DNA from: Candidatus Bathyarchaeia archaeon
GTDB taxonomy: Archaea; Thermoproteota; Bathyarchaeia; 40CM-2-53-6
Direction: 5' to 3'
Assembly: GCA_049517415.1 (NCBI GenBank)
Contig: JBEKSC010000014.1
Location: 1 to 64,000, forward strand
DNA: 64,000 bases
Below, one piece after another: positions 58,740 to 64,000 of this stretch (positions are counted from its first letter, which is position 1; every line of letters starts with the position of its first letter). Made by a program: the position numbers and the translations under genes. A model generated the notes under the pieces. That model saw only the letters and a list, made by a program, of their open reading frames with translations. It ran no database searches and was not told the origin of the DNA.

Positions 58740-59612
58740 TTACCTCTCGTAGATGAGTTCTTTTATGTTAACTACTTTCAGGAGGATATACAGGACCGCT
58801 ATTGCCACACCAGTCAGCATTGTGGAGAGCGCTGCTGCGTAAGGCCAAGCAAAAGAGTTTGCATAGTCAGATACGGATAGACCAAGAGTCTGAATTCCTC
58901 CTCCAATGAATAGAGGAGTTATGTAGTCTCCTAGCGTGCTAACGAAAACGAAGATGCACCCACATATAACGCCAGGCAATGACAATTTGAACACTATGTA
59001 GTAGAACACATTCTGAGGTGAGGCCCTAAGTACCTTGGCCGCGGCGATCAAGTCCGGATCGATTCTATTCAAGGCCAGATAGATTGGAAAAATCATAAAC
59101 AACACATACCCTTGAAGCCACAGAATCTGAAGAGCGCCCACATTGTACAGCAACGACAGCGGGTTCTGCACAACGTGTAACGATAGGAGAAGCTGGTTTA
59201 TCGCGCCTTGGTTGCCCAGGATAGGTATCCAAGCGATCATCCTGATACTAGTATCGATGAGGAACGGAACGATAAGTAGGCTCACCATGTATGATTTTAC
59301 CTTCTCATTTTTTACCGAGTAACTTAAGAGGTAAGCGAATGGATATCCGATCAATAGACATGCCAAACAGGCTAGTAGGGAATTACCAAATGTATTTGCC
59401 AAGATTATGTAACTGGTTCCTTTCGAGAAGAAGCCTATGTAGTTCTCGAAGGAGAAACCTGATAGGACCATGGTGGCCGGGGAGATGTTTTGGTAGAGGC
59501 TTATGGTCACCATTAACCCAAAGGGCACTATGAGGAAGAGAACGCACAGCACGAGCCCCGGTAACAGCATCAAGTAACTTGAGTATTTGCTGATAGGAGG
59601 TCGTCTAGACAA
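58740..59612 (-). CDS. ABC transporter permease, PotB type
   Basis: LLPG, FSFENY, IGYPFAY, IDPDLIAAA..L.AS, SLPG, GDY.TP..IGG. Confidence 0.9.
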   Translation of the reverse strand: MSRRPPISKYSSYLMLLPGLVLCVLFLIVPFGLMVTISLYQNISPATMVLSGFSFENYIGFFSKGTSYIILANTFGNSLLACLACLLIGYPFAYLLSYSVKNEKVKSYMVSLLIVPFLIDTSIRMIAWIPILGNQGAINQLLLSLHVVQNPLSLLYNVGALQILWLQGYVLFMIFPIYLALNRIDPDLIAAAKVLRASPQNVFYYIVFKLSLPGVICGCIFVFVSTLGDYITPLFIGGGIQTLGLSVSDYANSFAWPYAAALSTMLTGVAIAVLYILLKVVNIKELIYER

Positions 59613-59651
59613 GGCCGGAAAACAGCTCGCCTAAAAGGACCCTTGTCTCCC

Positions 59652-60383
59652 CTACGCAGTTACCAGCCGTTTGTAGACGCCTCTTATCTCTTTGACGGGG
59701 GGCTTCTGATAGGTGCGTTTGCTCTGGGACAGACGCAAGTCAACTAGCACTTCGGCCAGTTTTATAGCGGCTTCCAGGCCATCGATAACGGGCAAACCGA
59801 TTTGTTCCTTTAACCATTGCGCCATGCCGGTCATGCCGGTGCACCCAAGAACGATCACGTGGGCTCCGTCGTCCTCGATAGCTTTCTTAGCTTCAGTCAG
59901 AAGTGCTTGCCTCATTTTCTCGATATCGTCCCAAAGTTCAAGCACTGGTATATTTACGGATCTTATAGACGCTAGGTTGGACTCAACACCTATACTCCTT
60001 AGATTTTTGTGAAACATAGGTATGAGAGAATCACTGATAGTCACGATTGAGAACTTCATCCCGAGAGCCGACGCCAACAGTACTGACGACTCCAATGCGC
60101 TGGTCACAGGAATATTCACTAATTCTCGGCCAGCGTGTAGGCCAGCATCGCACATGCAAGTTATCGCGACCGCGTCAAAGCCACGTTCTTCAGCTTCCTT
60201 TATTTTCTCGGCAGCAAATGGCTCTGCTAAGGCCGATTCATAGATCGATTCGATTGATGCAGGGCCACTTTCGATGCCGACCACTTCCAAATCAACGTCT
60301 TGCCGACAGACTTTTCTCGCTTGGCCCTCCGACACCTTCTTGAACTCTGGAGAGACTGTAGGACATAAGAGCATCAGCTTCAA
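59652..60383 (-). CDS. Asp/Glu/hydantoin racemase family protein
   Basis: GPASIES, ITCMCDAG, VLGCTGM, PVIDG. Confidence 0.9.
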   Translation of the reverse strand: MKLMLLCPTVSPEFKKVSEGQARKVCRQDVDLEVVGIESGPASIESIYESALAEPFAAEKIKEAEERGFDAVAITCMCDAGLHAGRELVNIPVTSALESSVLLASALGMKFSIVTISDSLIPMFHKNLRSIGVESNLASIRSVNIPVLELWDDIEKMRQALLTEAKKAIEDDGAHVIVLGCTGMTGMAQWLKEQIGLPVIDGLEAAIKLAEVLVDLRLSQSKRTYQKPPVKEIRGVYKRLVTA

Positions 60384-60386
60384 ACA

Positions 60387-61211
60387 CTAGCACCCCCCCC
60401 GAGACATTTTCGATTTCATGTATACTATCTTGCCTTCTTTTAGCGCTTTCAAGAATTCTGCTAATGATTTGCTCCACGCCTCGATGACCTTCTGTCCCCT
60501 TTCCTTGCTGCCGAACTTCGGGTTACCAAAATGTCCGTAGTCAACGCATTCGGTCGCGTCCAGCATGATTGCTATTGGTGCCGTATCATACGGCCCATAC
60601 TGAGGAGACCACACGCAACCGTATTTTGTCAATTGAACCTTTGGTGGAGAATCCACGTATTTTGTGACATCAACATCTTCAGGACGAAGATAAAGCATCA
60701 ATGAGGTCTCTTGAGAGCCCGCATGTCCGTCATACTCAGGCGTTCCAGGTGGAGGCGAAGGCGCTCCGGGGAGGTCCCAGCATTTTACGGTGCAGATAAA
60801 CACGCCAGTCTCGTATTTTATGTCCTCAGCGGCTACGTTGAGTGGGCTGAGATTTCCTCCGTGACCATTCACAATGACGATCTTGTCAAACCCATGATGG
60901 ATAAGGCTTCTGCAAATGTCTTTCACTAGTTCCATGAGTGTCGAGGGTTTGAGCGCGATCGTTCCTGTGAAATACAGGTTCTGCGTAGAGCATCCTACTG
61001 AAATAGTTGGTGCCACCACAACGCGCGTCTCTCTCGCCGCTCTTAGGACCGGTTCTACAGTGCTTGCCGTGTCGGTATCAAGGGGCAAGTGTGGTCCATG
61101 CTGCTCCGTGGCACCAATGGGGATTACTACAACTCCATTGGATTCCTTCACAGCTTCTTTTGCTTCGAGTATGGTCATTCGCTCAAGAGTTACTTTCTTC
61201 TCTAATACCAT
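60387..61211 (-). CDS. Creatininase family cyclic amidohydrolase
   Basis: PIGATEQHGPHLPLDTD, NGHGGN, HAG..ETS. Confidence 0.92.
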   Translation of the reverse strand: MVLEKKVTLERMTILEAKEAVKESNGVVVIPIGATEQHGPHLPLDTDTASTVEPVLRAARETRVVVAPTISVGCSTQNLYFTGTIALKPSTLMELVKDICRSLIHHGFDKIVIVNGHGGNLSPLNVAAEDIKYETGVFICTVKCWDLPGAPSPPPGTPEYDGHAGSQETSLMLYLRPEDVDVTKYVDSPPKVQLTKYGCVWSPQYGPYDTAPIAIMLDATECVDYGHFGNPKFGSKERGQKVIEAWSKSLAEFLKALKEGKIVYMKSKMSRGGC

Positions 61212-61427
61212 AGAAACCGCTCTTTGATGCGTATTTTCTCCGACGGACCATTAATAAGAATTCCTAGCGATGCCCACGGTTAGTTTTGGATGATTTGCAA
61301 TAGCGTTGTTTCGAATGATCGTGTCGCCGAACTTCTTGCGGCATGGCGAATTCGAATTATTTCCACCTTGAACTAATGGACGAAAGAGAGAAATCCCAAC
61401 TCCACAAGTAATCACAATGAAGTTGAA

Positions 61428-62414
61428 TTGCAGCAATCGTCCCCGACGTTCTCTTCAGTTGTGAACTTCATCGGTAACACTCCCATCATGAGATTACCCG
61501 TGGAACTGAATGGGCTAGTCTATCCAATGTACGCAAAGCTGGAGTTTATGAACCCTAGCGGAAGCGTGAAAGACAGAATCGCGAAATTCATGATCGAATC
61601 CGCTGAAAAGCGTGGCATATTGAAACCTGATTCAATAATTGTGGAAGCAACGAGCGGTAACACAGGTATAGCGCTTGCCATGGTGGCTGCAGCGAAAGGC
61701 TACAAGATGGTGGTCTTCATGCCTGAACATATGAGCAAGGAGAGGATTCGATTGATGGAGAATCTCGGCGCAGAGGTTTGCCTAACACCCAAGGGTGAAG
61801 GGTTCGAGGGCGCTGTGAAGAAGACAGAGGAGATTGCGAAGAACTCGCCAAACGTCTATCTTACGAAGCAGTTCAGCAACGAAGAAAATGTGACCGCACA
61901 TTTCCAAACGACCGGTCAGGAGATTATCGATCAGGTGAAGGAGCGAATAGATGCGTTTGTCGCGGGAGTTGGAACCGGTGGCACACTCTTCGGAGTCGGA
62001 AGAGCTCTTCGCAAAGTAAATCCAAACGTGAAACTTGTCGCAGTCGAACCAGCTGAAGCCGCGATCTTGTCGGGGGAGACAAATGTCCAAGACCACAAGA
62101 TAGCCGGCATTGGAGATGGTTTCATACCTGAACTCGTAAAGATGGATGAACTGGATTTCGTCGCCAAAGTCAAAAGCGATGATGCAGTCGAAATGTCGAG
62201 GAAGTTGTCAAGACAGTATGGATTGATGGTTGGGATATCATCGGGTGCCAACGTTCTGGGAGTGATTCAGACGCTCGAAAAGATGGGCAAGGACAAGGTT
62301 GTAGTCACCGTTCTCCCCGACAGGACTGAGCGATACTTCAGCACGGATCTCTACGTCTTCCATGAACACCTAGTCAGAAGATGCACGCCTACGTGCCACT
62401 GTATATTCGCCTAG
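61428..62414 (+). CDS. cysK: Cysteine synthase family (O-acetylserine sulfhydrylase-like)
   Basis: IGNTP, KLEFMNPSGSVKDR, EATSGNTG, GVGTGGT, HKIAGIG, GISSGA. Confidence 0.85.
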   Translation: MQQSSPTFSSVVNFIGNTPIMRLPVELNGLVYPMYAKLEFMNPSGSVKDRIAKFMIESAEKRGILKPDSIIVEATSGNTGIALAMVAAAKGYKMVVFMPEHMSKERIRLMENLGAEVCLTPKGEGFEGAVKKTEEIAKNSPNVYLTKQFSNEENVTAHFQTTGQEIIDQVKERIDAFVAGVGTGGTLFGVGRALRKVNPNVKLVAVEPAEAAILSGETNVQDHKIAGIGDGFIPELVKMDELDFVAKVKSDDAVEMSRKLSRQYGLMVGISSGANVLGVIQTLEKMGKDKVVVTVLPDRTERYFSTDLYVFHEHLVRRCTPTCHCIFA

Positions 62415-62439
62415 GCGAAACCACCTAGGCAGTGATGCT

Positions 62440-62674
62440 CCTAAAAGTCCTTAACAAAACATCGTTTGCCGCTTTCCATTACCCTAAACCTACATTGGCA
62501 ACGTTCGCAGAACTTTGACATCGGCAGACGCATAACAGGTTTTGAATAGCTGACGTTGCATGAAACTGATGTCTGGAAGTTAATCCGCGTGACGAAAAAC
62601 GGTTGCAGATGATGCCTATTCAGAGCTGAGACTTGATGCGATGATTTATTAACACTTTGAGTAGGCATCTTGCG
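62440..62674 (+). repeat. Dispersed ~250-bp repeat, copy 2
   Basis: Diverged direct copy of 45479-45733 with one ~20-bp deletion. Confidence 0.9.
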
Positions 62675-62692
62675 GTATTGGAGTATGCTCTT

Positions 62693-63805
62693 TTGAAAGT
62701 TCTCGAGACGAAGGATCTTACCAAGTGGTATGGGAAAGAAGTATTAGCGCTTGACAAAGTCTCCTTCCAAGTTGACGAAGGCGACTTCTTCGTGCTCATT
62801 GGCCCGAGTGGATGCGGGAAGAGCACGTTGATGAAAGTTATAGCTGGTCTGCTTGAATATGAGGGTGGTGGGCTCTACATCAAAGGACAAGATATGAAGA
62901 ATGTGCCCGCTCACAAACGCGACATAGCGATGATGCTTGAGAACTACGCGCTATTCCCACACATGTCAGTCTACAACAACATCGCGTTCGGGCTGAAAAT
63001 GCTTGGAAAGGATCATTCAACGTTCGACAAAGAGGTTGGGGATTCTCTCAAACTGGTGGGGATGGAAGGGTATGAACATCGTTCCCCGCTTGAGCTAAGT
63101 GGTGGACAGCGCCAACGTGTAGCAATTGCTAGAGCTCTCGTCGTGAACCCAGCCGTCTTGCTGCTCGACGAGCCGCTGAGCCACGTGGATTACAGACTCC
63201 AACGGAAATTGATGGAGGAATTCAAGCTTCTACATCAGCGGTTAGGAACGACTTTCATTTTGACGACTCACGTGCAAGAGCATGGGTTAAGTTTGGCGAA
63301 TACTTTGATGGTTATGAACACCGGGGTCATAGAGCAGATCGGAAAACCTGCTGAGATCTATGCGAAACCTCAAACCGTGTTTGCTGCACGATTCGTCGGT
63401 GACATCAACCTGTTCAGCGGCGAAGTTTCTGGAAAGCAAGGTGGAGTATACGCCGTCAAGACTGATCTGGGTGAAATGAAGGTTTCCTCAACCAAAGATT
63501 ATTCCGGACACAAGTTAGCGTACGGTGTGCGCCCTGAGGCAATCGTTGTAGGTGAGGCGGCGGTCAAGTGTGACAATCACTTTCAAGCTAAGGGCATCAA
63601 CTCCTATTATTTCGGAAACAATGTTGAATGCGTCTTCGAGATGAAGGACGGGGTAACAATGAGGGCAACCGTCACCCCAGAGGTCGCTCCTACTGTAATG
63701 CGTGATGGCGCCGTGTTAGGCTGGAGTGCACATGACGCGATGTTAATCGAGAAACCAAGCGTTATTGAGGGTTTGAATATCGAAGAAGTAATCTACGGCA
63801 AGTGA
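62693..63805 (+). CDS. ABC transporter ATP-binding protein, PotA type
   Basis: GPSGCGKST, LSGGQRQR, LLLDEP, TTH; TTG at 62693 follows GGAG. Confidence 0.92.
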   Translation: MKVLETKDLTKWYGKEVLALDKVSFQVDEGDFFVLIGPSGCGKSTLMKVIAGLLEYEGGGLYIKGQDMKNVPAHKRDIAMMLENYALFPHMSVYNNIAFGLKMLGKDHSTFDKEVGDSLKLVGMEGYEHRSPLELSGGQRQRVAIARALVVNPAVLLLDEPLSHVDYRLQRKLMEEFKLLHQRLGTTFILTTHVQEHGLSLANTLMVMNTGVIEQIGKPAEIYAKPQTVFAARFVGDINLFSGEVSGKQGGVYAVKTDLGEMKVSSTKDYSGHKLAYGVRPEAIVVGEAAVKCDNHFQAKGINSYYFGNNVECVFEMKDGVTMRATVTPEVAPTVMRDGAVLGWSAHDAMLIEKPSVIEGLNIEEVIYGK

Positions 63806-63814
63806 GCCAGCCCA

Positions 63815-64000
63815 ATGTCACAAGCATCTGTCACCACTCCTAGCCAGAAGACGTCGGGATTCCGTATCGGAGGAGTTTCAAGCTATGCGCTCCTTGTGCC
63901 AGGACTGGTCGTCTCAATAATCTTCATGCTTCTACCGCTTGCGATAATGACCGTAGTCAGCTTCTACACGACGGCACCCTCGTCAACTGGTTTTCTGCCA
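63815..64000 (+). CDS. ABC transporter permease, PotB type (3' end outside the window)
   Basis: Hand translation MSQASV...SYALLVPGLVVSIIFMLLPLAIMTVVSFY, paralogous to the N-terminus of 58740-59612. Confidence 0.75.
   Translation, partial: MSQASVTTPSQKTSGFRIGGVSSYALLVPGLVVSIIFMLLPLAIMTVVSFYTTAPSSTGFLP

Noticed and set aside
64..62826. Numerous antisense and nested ORFs in the six-frame track
   Set aside because: They are shadows of confidently identified genes and lack motifs of their own
1..64000. CRISPR array, rRNA, intact tRNA, SRP or RNase P RNA
   Set aside because: No regularly spaced direct repeats, full cloverleaf or diagnostic conserved motifs were found by eye

Overview
Archaeal chromosomal window. 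The gene set (thermosome, RadA, GatD/GatE, Elp3, NucS, Sm protein) and TATA/BRE promoters suggest a TACK archaeon such as Bathyarchaeia; this taxonomy is an inference. Four blocks: (1) 1-9.1 kb, an accessory catabolic block with the end of a PotA-type ABC ATPase, two tandem highly divergent group II chaperonins, and a sugar isomerase/dehydrogenase/KDPG-aldolase set. (2) 9.1-13.5 kb, three IS6-family element ends stacked in one orientation at a single target immediately upstream of the TATA box of the canonical thermosome gene. Two elements can be delimited by 8-bp target duplications, each unit sits with a different passenger gene, and decay increases away from the promoter. (3) 13.6-41.6 kb, mostly housekeeping genes (thermosome, degenerate ThiI, pyrC, radA, nucS, Sm, elp3, gatDE, glmS, ECF S component, purA) plus a PAS/GAF two-component system. 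(4) 41.8-64 kb, an amino-acid/cyclic-amide scavenging island (two Asp/Glu/hydantoin racemases, two D-cysteine-desulfhydrase-like enzymes, two M24 peptidases, creatininase, AstE/AspA deacylase, divergent LysA, PotABCD-type transporters) containing a ~250-bp duplicated segment. No CRISPR array, rRNA or intact tRNA was seen. Family assignments come from motif recognition by eye; no database search was run.
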